From the NCBI GenBank assembly GCA_963703315.1, contig OY969811.1, positions 288,001 through 352,000 of the forward strand: DNA of 64,000 bases, read 5' to 3'. A program made the position numbers and the translations under genes. Numbering within the stretch: position 1 is the first letter of the stretch; each line of letters starts with the position of its first letter. The notes beneath the pieces were generated by a model. The model was not told the origin of the DNA, did no database searches, and saw only the letters and a program-made list of their open reading frames with translations. The DNA is from an uncultured cyanobacterium (lineage in GTDB: Bacteria; Cyanobacteriota; Cyanobacteriia; Pseudanabaenales; Pseudanabaenaceae). This document shows positions 21,116 to 30,941 of this stretch, piece by piece.

Positions 21116-22505
21116 ATTGGTATTTCGCAATTTCCTCAACTGTAATCGGTTCATTATTGGATCGACTGGGGACATCAACAACGATCAGAAATCCTTCGAC
21201 TTTTCCTCTACCCACAGTAGTTAGAGCATCAAGAATCTTGGGCATATCGGCTTTGAGCAAATTGCCGCGATCATCATAAAGCTCGATCGCTGACAGACAG
21301 CCCAATGTCGCATTCCAATCAAAATATTTGCGATCGACCACTTTATCTTTATTCCCGAAAAAGTCGATCGCCGCACCACTGCCATGAATCCGAAATAGCG
21401 ATCGCCCGACATTTCCTGCCCAATAGCTTTGCTGCATTGGCTGATAGTTACGCCATGTAGGAGGCAAAAGCGCTTGATAAGCTTGTAAACTGCCCGTGAA
21501 TTTTCCCTTTTGATTTGGTAAAAATGCCTGTACGCCATCCTCAAAAGGAACAAATAGATTCACTAACGAAAATTGTCCATAGGCATGGAAAACTTCATCA
21601 TCAGGTTGGAGGGAAACGCCTTCCATGCGGTAAATACCTTGCGGAGTGCGTCCATTTGTAAAGTACCAATCAAGATTTCGCAAAGATTGCAGTAATAGCG
21701 GTGCTGACCAAAGTTGATTACCGCGCTTCAGAAATTTACCATTCCGATCTTTGATCACCGACAAACATAAAACCTCCCGATTGGGACGACATAGCACATA
21801 CATCTGCGCTTGCTGTGGTGCAATTTGCCATTTTAATAAATCTGCCAGATCGGGGATTGTAGTAACTTGATGAGCTTTTTGGGGATTTTGGAGGCGATCG
21901 CTTTGATTGGTTTGGATGGTAGCCCGCAAATGCAGATCCTGCTGCCAATTGGGAAAGCGTTGCTGAACTTTGAGGATTAGCTTTTCGACTTGCACCTTAC
22001 TAAGACTTTGCACAGGATCGGTAGATTGTGCTAAAGCTGCGAGGGATAAAGCTACCCATTGAGAGTCATTACCATCATTAATTGTGCGGACAAAATAGGG
22101 CTTGAGCTTGCCATATACCGCAGGCTTGAGCGTATATAGCTGCATCCCCACCTGCATCGCCGTATCAATAATTCCTTTCTGCGGATCGGTCAGATTTGTC
22201 TCTGTCGTCATCTGCAAAACCTTAGCTAAAGCCTCAACTGCATAGGGTTCGTCAGGTGCTAAGATGCCGATCGCCCAGAGAGAGTCTTGCCAATGGGTCG
22301 CATTACTTTCGGTAATAGGATACTTCTGAAGATCAAACCGACTAGGATGTGCCTTTTGCTGCTGCTCTTGGATTTGGGCAGTTCGCGCTGTTGCCGTTGC
22401 TTTTGGTTGATAACCGCGAATTGGTGGAGTCTGTGCTTTCGCTATTTGTGGTGCGATTAGCAAAATGGCGATCGCCACCACAGTCCTAGACATTAATTGA
22501 TACAT
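21114..22505 (-). CDS. Secreted protein with putative YkuD (L,D-transpeptidase-like) C-terminal domain
   Basis: Signal peptide (AKA-Q); TPQGIY, RIHG...TLGC motifs. Confidence 0.55.
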   Translation of the reverse strand: MYQLMSRTVVAIAILLIAPQIAKAQTPPIRGYQPKATATARTAQIQEQQQKAHPSRFDLQKYPITESNATHWQDSLWAIGILAPDEPYAVEALAKVLQMTTETNLTDPQKGIIDTAMQVGMQLYTLKPAVYGKLKPYFVRTINDGNDSQWVALSLAALAQSTDPVQSLSKVQVEKLILKVQQRFPNWQQDLHLRATIQTNQSDRLQNPQKAHQVTTIPDLADLLKWQIAPQQAQMYVLCRPNREVLCLSVIKDRNGKFLKRGNQLWSAPLLLQSLRNLDWYFTNGRTPQGIYRMEGVSLQPDDEVFHAYGQFSLVNLFVPFEDGVQAFLPNQKGKFTGSLQAYQALLPPTWRNYQPMQQSYWAGNVGRSLFRIHGSGAAIDFFGNKDKVVDRKYFDWNATLGCLSAIELYDDRGNLLKADMPKILDALTTVGRGKVEGFLIVVDVPSRSNNEPITVEEIAKYQ

Positions 22506-22644
22506 TGCACCTTACAGTCTATTGAGGCTAGAGAAATTTTTGAAAGCGCCGCGAAGCGGCGCTTTCAAAAATTTCTCTGGGTTTTAATCAAGATATGCAT
22601 AGACAAAAATGACTCGCTTAGCGAGTCATTTTTGTCTATTTTGT

Positions 22645-23982
22645 CTATGCTGATTCAGGTTTAGGCATTGAGGCTGGATGCTGCAAAATCTCCGCCGTCG
22701 ATAGTTTCTCTACCATGTCACGAGTAATCAGACACTTGGTGACATCCTTGCGTGAGGGCAACTCATACATCATGTCTAGCATCAACTGCTCAACGATACC
22801 GCGCAAAGCTCTCGCCCCAGTTTTGCGTCGATAGGCTTCCTTAGCGATCGCCTGAACAGCATCGGGCTGAAACTCAAGTTGGACATTATCCATTTTCAAA
22901 AGTTTTTGATATTGCTTGATCAACGCACTACGCGGCTCCGTCAAAATTGCCATCAGTGCTTTTTCATCAAGCGGATCAAGTACAGCCGTCACAGGTACAC
23001 GACCGATAAATTCGGGAATCATGCCAAACTTAACCAGATCATCGGGCTGGAGATTTTTCAGAATCTCCGCCGTGCGCTTTTCGCGGGGAATCGACTCACC
23101 CTGCTGCACAAACCCCATCGATTTTTTACCGATGCGCTGCTCGATTAGCTTCTCCATGCCACCGAACGCGCCACCGCAAATAAACAAAATATTCTTGGTG
23201 TCAATCTGAATACAGTCTTGGTAAGGATGCTTGCGACCACCTTGAGGCGGCACATTGGCGATCGTCCCTTCTAGCATTTTTAGCAAAGCTTGCTGGACAC
23301 CTTCGCCTGAGACATCACGAGTAATCGAAGTATTTTCACTTTTACGGGCAATCTTATCAATTTCATCAATATAAATAATGCCGCGCTGAGCCTCTTCGAC
23401 ATCGAGATCGGCAACTTGCAATAGCCGCAGTAAAATATTCTCTACATCTTCACCGACATATCCCGCCTCAGTCAGAGTAGTCGCATCGGCAACCGCAAAA
23501 GGTACATCGAGCATTTCCGCTAAAGTCTGTGCCAAGAGAGTTTTACCACAACCAGTCGGACCAATCAGCAAAATGTTGGATTTCTGGAGTTCGATGCCAT
23601 CTTCAGACTGACCTTTGGCGGCTGACTCGATGAAACTCAAACGCTTGTAGTGGTTATATACGGCGACAGACAAAACTTTTTTGGCTTCGTCCTGACCAAC
23701 TACATTTTCATCGAGATATCGCTTGATATCGCGGGGCTTGGGAATCTGACTGAGGTTAAGATTTGCCGCAGTTTTGGTTTTCCGCTTTTCATTGGCAGGA
23801 TCTTTACGTTGGGCTGCTTGAGGCGGAGCGCTATTAAACAACTCCTCATCGAGGATTTCATTACACAAATCCACGCACTCATCGCAAATGTATACCCCTG
23901 GTCCAGCAATTAGCTTGCGTACCTGCTCCTGTGATTTACCACAGAAGGAACATTTCAGATGAGAGTCATATTTACTGGGCAT
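22645..23982 (-). CDS. clpX: ATP-dependent Clp protease ATP-binding subunit
   Basis: CSFCGK zinc finger, [23 protein letters not shown]. Confidence 0.97.
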   Translation of the reverse strand: MPSKYDSHLKCSFCGKSQEQVRKLIAGPGVYICDECVDLCNEILDEELFNSAPPQAAQRKDPANEKRKTKTAANLNLSQIPKPRDIKRYLDENVVGQDEAKKVLSVAVYNHYKRLSFIESAAKGQSEDGIELQKSNILLIGPTGCGKTLLAQTLAEMLDVPFAVADATTLTEAGYVGEDVENILLRLLQVADLDVEEAQRGIIYIDEIDKIARKSENTSITRDVSGEGVQQALLKMLEGTIANVPPQGGRKHPYQDCIQIDTKNILFICGGAFGGMEKLIEQRIGKKSMGFVQQGESIPREKRTAEILKNLQPDDLVKFGMIPEFIGRVPVTAVLDPLDEKALMAILTEPRSALIKQYQKLLKMDNVQLEFQPDAVQAIAKEAYRRKTGARALRGIVEQLMLDMMYELPSRKDVTKCLITRDMVEKLSTAEILQHPASMPKPESA

Positions 23983-24012
23983 AAGCTATCTCAGTGTGGT
24001 GTTACGCGATCG

Positions 24013-24705
24013 CTAAACTAGGGAGAGGGCAGGTTGCTGGAGGGTCTGAGCATTGGTTAAAACGCGATCAATTAAACCATATTCTAAAGCTTCAGCAGGA
24101 GACATGAAGAAATCACGCTCGGTATCTTGCTCAATCTGTTCAAGGGGCTTGCCTGTATTGACGGCTAACATTTCATTGAGCGATCGCTTGATGTACAGGA
24201 TTTCCCGCGCTTGAATCTCGATATCGACTGCTTGACCCTGAGCGCCACCGAGGGGTTGGTGAATCATGATCCGCGCATTGGGCAGAGACATCCGTTTGCC
24301 TTTAGCACCAGCCGCTAGGAGAAACGCACCCATGCTCGCTGCCAGCCCCATGCAAATTGTGCAAACATCAGGACGGACATGGTTCATCGTGTCAAGGATT
24401 GCCATACCTGCGTAGACCGAGCCACCAGGGGAATTGATATAGAGATAAATATCTTTTTCTGGGTCTTCAGCTTCTAGGAATAAAAGTTGAGACATGATCA
24501 GGTTGGAAGTGGTGTCGTCTACTTGTGAACCCAAGAACACAATCCGTTCCCGCAATAAGCGCGAGAAAATATCAAATGCTCTCTCGCCTTTACCTGACTG
24601 CTCGACTACCATCGGCACGACCTGATTTTGGGGCGTGGCGATCGCGTATGGATCTGATATTGATTGACTAGATAAAGGGAACATTCGTTTTGAATTCACC
24701 ATCAT
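24013..24705 (-). CDS. clpP: Clp protease proteolytic subunit
   Basis: [26 protein letters not shown]. Confidence 0.95.
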   Translation of the reverse strand: MMVNSKRMFPLSSQSISDPYAIATPQNQVVPMVVEQSGKGERAFDIFSRLLRERIVFLGSQVDDTTSNLIMSQLLFLEAEDPEKDIYLYINSPGGSVYAGMAILDTMNHVRPDVCTICMGLAASMGAFLLAAGAKGKRMSLPNARIMIHQPLGGAQGQAVDIEIQAREILYIKRSLNEMLAVNTGKPLEQIEQDTERDFFMSPAEALEYGLIDRVLTNAQTLQQPALSLV

Positions 24706-24856
24706 TTTGAAGCACTACCTCAATAAAGCTTGGTATTTACCATAACTATCTAAGAGCTATTATGCATCAAAAATTGCAGTGGTAGATTGCCATACTATTC
24801 TAGTTAATCTAAAAATTTACTAAAAGAGGGGTGCTTAGCACCCCTCTTTTGTTGGT

Positions 24857-26272
24857 TTAAGCTTCTTCGGAAGTAGCTTCTACAGTGACAATATCGTCGG
24901 CATCAGCTTCGGGGGCGATCGCTTCGAGGGTTTCTTCAACGGGAGGTTGGAGAGAGCCTTGCTCAACTAGCTCGATTTGCGAATGTTCTAGCAACCAAGT
25001 TAATGCCACCTCGGTCAAGATTTCCTCACGAATGACTGTATTTAGGCGCGAGGGATCAATATTTTGACCTTTGAGGGCTTCAAGGGCATTGGCAACTCTT
25101 TCATTGAGTTCGGCTTCATCGATCTTGAGATTTTCCTGCTTGACGATTTCATCAAGGGCAACTTTGCGTCTGAGGCGTTTAACGGCTTCAGGTTGATTGA
25201 GGCGACGCATTTCTTCGACCAATTCCTTGGTGAACAGTTGCTTTGCCATCGCAGGATCAATCCGCTCTTGGAGATAGCTAGCTTGCTGCCTTACCAAAAA
25301 GTCAAGTTCTTGCTGGAGGAGGGTAACAGGTAGATCAACTTCGAGTTCGGCAGTGAGGGCATCAAGAACTGCCGTTTCTTTGTTGGCTTTAGTTTTAGAC
25401 TCAGCCTCATCGGTGACACGCTTTTCTAAAAGTTCACGCAATTCCGCGATCGTTTGCTTGTCACTGATCGATTGAGCAAATTCGTCATCAAGGGCAGGAA
25501 GCTCACGACCCTTGATCGATTTGATCGTAATGACATATTTAATTTCCTTGCCGACATACTCTTCGGGGTAATAGTCTTGAGGGAAAACTGACTCAACTTC
25601 AACGACATCATCGATCGCCGCACCCACGATCGCCTTTACGACTTCAGGAATGAAGGCTTTTTCATCCACATCTAATTGAAAGTCGTCTTCGCCCGCATCA
25701 GGCAATTCTTCCCCTGTAGCACGATCTAAAACTTTGAGATCGACGGTAACGACATCTTCGAGTTGGATTGCCCGATCTTCGACAGGTACAAGGGTGGACT
25801 TACGAACTTGAAACTCGCGTAGGGTACGATCAACTTCGGTGAGGTCTGGTTTAATTTCTTCAGCTTGCACTGCAAAATCTTGATATTTAGCAAGAGTTAC
25901 TTCTGGCTCAACATCGATCGCTGCTTTAAAAGATATTTCTTGACCAGGGTTAAAGGTTTGGACAAGGGTTTCAATATCGGTGATCAGTTGAAAACCGCCC
26001 AGAGCTTTGTCTTTAACTTCTTTATTTTCTGCGAGGACTTCATTTAAAGTTTTTTCTAGCAACTCTTCGAGAACATTTGCTTTGAGTCGCTGTGTACCAA
26101 CTTGTCTGAGTACAAGCTGTTGTGGTGCTTTGCCTTTGCGAAAACCGGGGACTTGGATCGTGCGCGTCAAGTCTTTGACGATGCGATCGTATATTGCTTG
26201 AGACTTTGCCCCTTCTACTTGAATGTCAAAACCAATTTGACTAGCGGGAAGCTTCTCTAGAGTGACCTTCAT
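24857..26272 (-). CDS. tig: Trigger factor
   Basis: VPGFRKGKAP; tig-clpP-clpX synteny. Confidence 0.93.
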   Translation of the reverse strand: MKVTLEKLPASQIGFDIQVEGAKSQAIYDRIVKDLTRTIQVPGFRKGKAPQQLVLRQVGTQRLKANVLEELLEKTLNEVLAENKEVKDKALGGFQLITDIETLVQTFNPGQEISFKAAIDVEPEVTLAKYQDFAVQAEEIKPDLTEVDRTLREFQVRKSTLVPVEDRAIQLEDVVTVDLKVLDRATGEELPDAGEDDFQLDVDEKAFIPEVVKAIVGAAIDDVVEVESVFPQDYYPEEYVGKEIKYVITIKSIKGRELPALDDEFAQSISDKQTIAELRELLEKRVTDEAESKTKANKETAVLDALTAELEVDLPVTLLQQELDFLVRQQASYLQERIDPAMAKQLFTKELVEEMRRLNQPEAVKRLRRKVALDEIVKQENLKIDEAELNERVANALEALKGQNIDPSRLNTVIREEILTEVALTWLLEHSQIELVEQGSLQPPVEETLEAIAPEADADDIVTVEATSEEA

Positions 26273-26273
26273 T

Positions 26274-26318
26274 ATTAAATATGCCTAGATTAAGTATGCC
26301 TAGATTAAATATATCTAG
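26274..26318. repeat. 15-bp tandem repeat x3 abutting the tig start codon
   Basis: attaaatatgcctag / attaagtatgcctag / attaaatatatctag. Confidence 0.8.
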
Positions 26319-26546
26319 TAAATCAAAAAACACGTTTGGGCGTTTTGCCAACTTTTGACAAAACTGTTAGAGAGTACCAAATTATGCCAAGTCTATAATA
26401 ATACGATATTGGCGATCGCATTTACACAAAAAACAGAACAGCACTTTCCATAGCACTAAACCCAAAAAGGCTTAGAAATGCTTGCTTTGCAAGCATTTCT
26501 AAGCCTTTTTGATTTGGCTCTGTATAGCTAGCGCCGCAGCTACCCC

Positions 26547-26951
26547 TTACTTCTTTGCCATAAAGGTAGGTCGTCCATCATTTGGTTTCGTGGGAGATTC
26601 AGGTTTGCTACTTGCCGCAGGATCACGGGGTGAAGGGGTAAGTGATTCTGAACCATCTAGTAAGATTTGAATTTTTGGACCAGTTGTGGCAAGGCGAATT
26701 ATCATCCCATGCAGTACCCGCTCTTTGTCAATTTGCTGATCGTCAATGTATGTGCCATTTGCGCCAATATTCACAATCTCCCAATATAGAGAATGACGAT
26801 GTAGTTCAACATGGTAACGAGAAACAACTGAACTATAGAGGATCACGTCATTATCACCAGAGCGTCCCACTCGAATCACAGGCTCAGACTCAAATTTCCA
26901 TGTTTGGATAGGAATAGCTTCGATCGGATGCAATAGGTTCAGCGTAATCAC
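26547..26951 (-). CDS. FHA domain protein
   Basis: VGRS..ND, VSRYH, ANGTY. Confidence 0.85.
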   Translation of the reverse strand: MITLNLLHPIEAIPIQTWKFESEPVIRVGRSGDNDVILYSSVVSRYHVELHRHSLYWEIVNIGANGTYIDDQQIDKERVLHGMIIRLATTGPKIQILLDGSESLTPSPRDPAASSKPESPTKPNDGRPTFMAKK

Positions 26952-27111
26952 GGGTTTAATCTAGAAATTTTACAGAGATAGGAAAATTTTGACCGCAAAT
27001 ATTACAGAATTTGCACTTATTTCAAAAGTTTAACATTGACTTTAATCATGCTGACAACTTGTCATTAAAGTAAGTAGATGAGCGCACAAATTAATAATTT
27101 GTGCGCTCATC

Positions 27112-27215
27112 TAAGTAGTTGGGCATAATTAAAAACTAGAATCAAAACCTGTGGCGCACGCGCAGCGTGCGCTACAGGTTTTAGGGTTTTATATTTAATT
27201 GCGACTAGATACTTA
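27112..27215. repeat. Palindromic MITE-like element
   Basis: Imperfect inverted ends taagtagttgggcataattaaa / tttaattgcgactagatactta around the hairpin cctgtggcgcacgc-gca-gcgtgcgctacagg. Confidence 0.65.
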
Positions 27216-27223
27216 AGAAAACT

Positions 27224-28315
27224 ATGAAAACTGTCACTATTATTGGCTGTGGGGCGATCGGGGCAATGATTGCCTACGAGTTAAGTCAATCTCAGTATGA
27301 GGGGAAAGCCCTAGAAGTGACAGTGCTTGAAGCTAAGGGACAACCTGCTATGGGAGCAACTGGGGCGGCATTGGGGGTGCTGATGGCAGCTTGCAGTGCT
27401 AAGGCTAAAGGTGATTTAGTGAACTTACGCTTAGCGAGTTTGAGCAAGTACGATCGCCTAATTTCTGAGTTAACTACTCAAACTAAGCAGGATATTCTCT
27501 ATAACCGTAATGGGATTTTAAATTTGTATCGATCGCCTGATGCAGAAACTAAGGCGCGATCGCTAATTGAAATTCGTAAAGAACAGGGCTTTGCTTTGCA
27601 ATGGCTAGACTCTGAGCAAATTTCGCAACAGTTTTCCCAATGGCATACCGATGGTGGTTTATTAAGTCCAAGCGATCGCGCTTTGCATCCCACCCAATTT
27701 GTCAATGCTTTAGTCAAAGCCGCCACTCAAAATGGGGTGAAGTTTCATTGGCATACCACAGTCCCAAATTTAGATGAGTTATCAAGCGATCGCATTGTAG
27801 TTACCGCAGGTCTAGGCAGTAACCCCTTACTTGCCCCACTTTTAAAAAACCAAACGCAAGAGCTTTTACAGCCTGTTGGGGGGCAAGCCTTACGGGTAAA
27901 AGTTCCCAATCTTAACCTCAAGACGGTTATTCACGCTGAAAATGAAGATGGCTCCGATATTAATATTGTGCCGCTTGGTGATGATCAATATTGGCTCGGT
28001 GCAACTGTCGAATTTGATTACGAGCAGTTGCCCCGTGAGGAGAATATATTGTTTTTGCTAGAGCAGGCGATCGCATGGTGTCCCACTTTTGCTAAGGCGG
28101 CAGTTTTAGAAACATGGTCAGGCGATCGACCTCGACCACAGGGGACAAGAGCGCCAATTTTAGGATTTGTCCCTGAATATCCCCATATTTTGATTGCCAC
28201 AGGACATTACCGTAATGGGGTAATGATGGCTCCTGTGACTGCACAAATTACTAAAGATTTACTATTGACTGGCGAGAGCGATTTACCTTGGAAAAGTTTT
28301 TCTCTCAAGGAATAA
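27224..28315 (+). CDS. FAD-dependent oxidoreductase (DAO/ThiO-like)
   Basis: IIGCGAIG, ATGAALG, ATGHYRNGV. Confidence 0.8.
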   Translation: MKTVTIIGCGAIGAMIAYELSQSQYEGKALEVTVLEAKGQPAMGATGAALGVLMAACSAKAKGDLVNLRLASLSKYDRLISELTTQTKQDILYNRNGILNLYRSPDAETKARSLIEIRKEQGFALQWLDSEQISQQFSQWHTDGGLLSPSDRALHPTQFVNALVKAATQNGVKFHWHTTVPNLDELSSDRIVVTAGLGSNPLLAPLLKNQTQELLQPVGGQALRVKVPNLNLKTVIHAENEDGSDINIVPLGDDQYWLGATVEFDYEQLPREENILFLLEQAIAWCPTFAKAAVLETWSGDRPRPQGTRAPILGFVPEYPHILIATGHYRNGVMMAPVTAQITKDLLLTGESDLPWKSFSLKE

Positions 28316-28342
28316 AGCTACCTTGTATACATAAGTTTCAAA

Positions 28343-28468
28343 ACCCCCTTTAATTCCCCCTTGCAAAGGGGGACGACTAGAAATTTCTGATTCCCTCTCC
28401 TTTGCAAGGGGAAGGCTGGAAATTAATTCCCTCCCCTTTGCAAGGGGATGGCTAGGGAGGGGTTAGGG
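28343..28468. repeat. Cluster of CCCC..TTGCAA.GGGG short dispersed palindromes
   Basis: Three related ccc(c)ttgcaa(a)gggg units ending ggctagggaggggtt. Confidence 0.65.
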
Positions 28469-28488
28469 ATTAGCTGTGTGTAAAATCT

Positions 28489-29397
28489 TCATTGTTTGAC
28501 AGGGACTAGATCGGGGACATCAGTAAACTTGGTTAATACGCTGGAGTCAAGACTGAGGCGATCGAGTAACTTGGCAAACTCCTTACAGCATTCCGCCGAG
28601 TTGTGCAAAATTTGCTCTTGAGCAAACTTGATAATAATCCAGCCTGAATCCACCAAAAATCTTTCGGCTAAGTCATTTCGCATCATTACGGCGGCATTAT
28701 CGGAGGCAAGATTAATCTCGATCGCAATATGGGCATTAAGTTCAGGATCGATATAGGTTAAGGCAGGTGACCAATCGTAATTAATGCTCGGAATATGTAG
28801 ATTTACGCCTTGATAGATAGTTCCAGTTAAATGCTGCTGAAGCGTAATTCCAAAATAGTAAATCACGCCTTCGATAGTTTGCTCATCTGTTGGTTTCGCA
28901 TCGAGTAAAGGATTCATCACCTCACTCAAAGCGATCGCCTTGTCATGAGGAGATAACTTTGCAAAAAACTTGCGAAATTGCTGATGGCGAAACTCAAGGA
29001 TGCGTTCAGGGGCATGGGCGATCGCTAATTCCTGTTGATATTTAATCTCTTCACGGGAATAAGCTTCTAACTTAGTTAAATATCGCTGAAACGTCTCTTG
29101 ATGTTTTTGATATCGTCTTTTGTAAGTCTCAAACTGATATTTAATCCGAATCACAATTGCTATTGTCCCCACAATGAGCAAAATGATACCTAACTCTTTG
29201 GCAAACAGCGTAATTATCGATACCACCACAGTTAGCCCAAAGGTCAGAGCTAGTGCTTCCTGTATGTGAATCGGTGTCGGCTGGCGATAGGCAGGAACAC
29301 TAGGTAGGCTGACATTAAAATTAGGTGCAACAGGCTTAGATTGAGCGATGCGTTGCACTTCTGGAGGAATGAGAATAACAGGAAACTGACGCATCAA
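28489..29397 (-). CDS. Membrane-anchored hypothetical protein, degenerate DUF559/Vsr-like C-terminus
   Basis: Two TMs, coiled coil, IAIEI...RFLVDSGWIIIKFAQEQI. Confidence 0.5.
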   Translation of the reverse strand: MMRQFPVILIPPEVQRIAQSKPVAPNFNVSLPSVPAYRQPTPIHIQEALALTFGLTVVVSIITLFAKELGIILLIVGTIAIVIRIKYQFETYKRRYQKHQETFQRYLTKLEAYSREEIKYQQELAIAHAPERILEFRHQQFRKFFAKLSPHDKAIALSEVMNPLLDAKPTDEQTIEGVIYYFGITLQQHLTGTIYQGVNLHIPSINYDWSPALTYIDPELNAHIAIEINLASDNAAVMMRNDLAERFLVDSGWIIIKFAQEQILHNSAECCKEFAKLLDRLSLDSSVLTKFTDVPDLVPVKQ

Positions 29398-29455
29398 TTA
29401 ATCTACGTGGTTAATTTGATTGATAGAAAAGGGGCGCTTTGCGCCCCTTTTCTAT

Positions 29456-30832
29456 CTAAGCATTTTCTAGTCCAGGGATGGAACGATATAACTGAATATA
29501 TTTATCGGCTGAGGACTGCCAACTGAAGTTCCCACTCATCCCACGCTGTTGTAAAGCTCTCCATGCATCGGTATAGCGATAACTTTCCCATGCACGCACC
29601 AGACAGGTATATAAATCCAATGGCTCGTAGCGATCGAAGCTAAAGCCTGTACCTGCCTGACCAATCGGATCGTGGAAGGATACCGTATCAACTAATCCAC
29701 CAGTACGACGCACAATTGGGATAGAACCATAACGCAATGCAATTAATTGACTAATACCGCAGGGTTCAAACCGACTTGGCATCAAAAAGGCATCAGAACC
29801 TGCATATACCCGATGTGATAAGGCAATGTTAAACAAAATCTGGGCTGACATCCGTCCAGGGTAACGTGAGGCAATTTGCCAGAGTTGCGACTCATAATAG
29901 CGTTCGCCCGTGCCTAACACCACAAACTGGACATCGGTATAGGCTAAGAACCGCTCCAAAATTTGTAATAGTAAATCAAGCCCTTTCTGTTCTACTAATC
30001 GCCCTACCATTCCAATCAGAAAAGTACTAGGGCTTACAGTTAAACCTAGCTCTTTTTGCAAAGCAATTTTATTGGCAAGGCGATCGTCAAGGGTTTCTAC
30101 TGAATAGTTTTGTACTAAGGCAGAATCAGTGGCAGGATTTTCAGCCTCTGTGTCAATGCCATTGAGAATGCCCCAAGGTTTGAGGAAAGAGAGTATGCCT
30201 TCTAATCCCTCACCGTAAGCTGGTGTACAGATTTGCTGGGCATAGGTTGGTGATACAGTATTTACGCGATCGGCATACTTAATCCCTGCTGCCATCGAGT
30301 TATGGGCATCCATGTACCAAGGAGTCCAAGTAATCTTATCTAAATACCATTTCCAAGGGCCTTGATAGGCGAGGTTATGAATTGTGAATACAGTGCCAAT
30401 GTCAGAAACTTGATGCATCCACACAGGAATCATGCCTGTATGCCAATCATGGCAATGAATAATATTTGGTTTCCAATAGTTCCATGCAAACTCAGCTACA
30501 GCATTGGAAAACATGGTGAACCGCCAATCTTCATCTTCACCTGAATAAATACGGGCAGGAATAAATGAGCCATGCCCCACTAAATATAAAGGTACATCTG
30601 TACCAGGGAGGACGGTCTGAAAAATATCGAACTCCTGAAACATGGCATAGCCTTTCCAGATCCATTCAGGATTTTCCTTGAGCTTGGGTGGAACTACGCC
30701 GTAGTAGGGCATGATAATCCGTACATCATGTCCCATCTTGCGAAGAACAGGGGGAAGTGCGCCCACTACATCTGCCATACCGCCAACTTTGGCGAGAGGT
30801 GCAACTTCAGCCGCCGCAAATAAAATTTTCAT
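29456..30832 (-). CDS. glgA: Glycogen synthase
   Basis: KVGGMADV, HCHDWH, PSRFEPCG, RRTGGL. Confidence 0.95.
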   Translation of the reverse strand: MKILFAAAEVAPLAKVGGMADVVGALPPVLRKMGHDVRIIMPYYGVVPPKLKENPEWIWKGYAMFQEFDIFQTVLPGTDVPLYLVGHGSFIPARIYSGEDEDWRFTMFSNAVAEFAWNYWKPNIIHCHDWHTGMIPVWMHQVSDIGTVFTIHNLAYQGPWKWYLDKITWTPWYMDAHNSMAAGIKYADRVNTVSPTYAQQICTPAYGEGLEGILSFLKPWGILNGIDTEAENPATDSALVQNYSVETLDDRLANKIALQKELGLTVSPSTFLIGMVGRLVEQKGLDLLLQILERFLAYTDVQFVVLGTGERYYESQLWQIASRYPGRMSAQILFNIALSHRVYAGSDAFLMPSRFEPCGISQLIALRYGSIPIVRRTGGLVDTVSFHDPIGQAGTGFSFDRYEPLDLYTCLVRAWESYRYTDAWRALQQRGMSGNFSWQSSADKYIQLYRSIPGLENA

Positions 30833-30941
30833 GCGATGATTTCGTACTCGTATTCAGGATACTTGATTATTTTCAGGCATAGAGCGATCGCTATAGCAGC
30901 AATTTTTACAAACGGTCTGAGCCGCCCGCTATGCAGGCATC

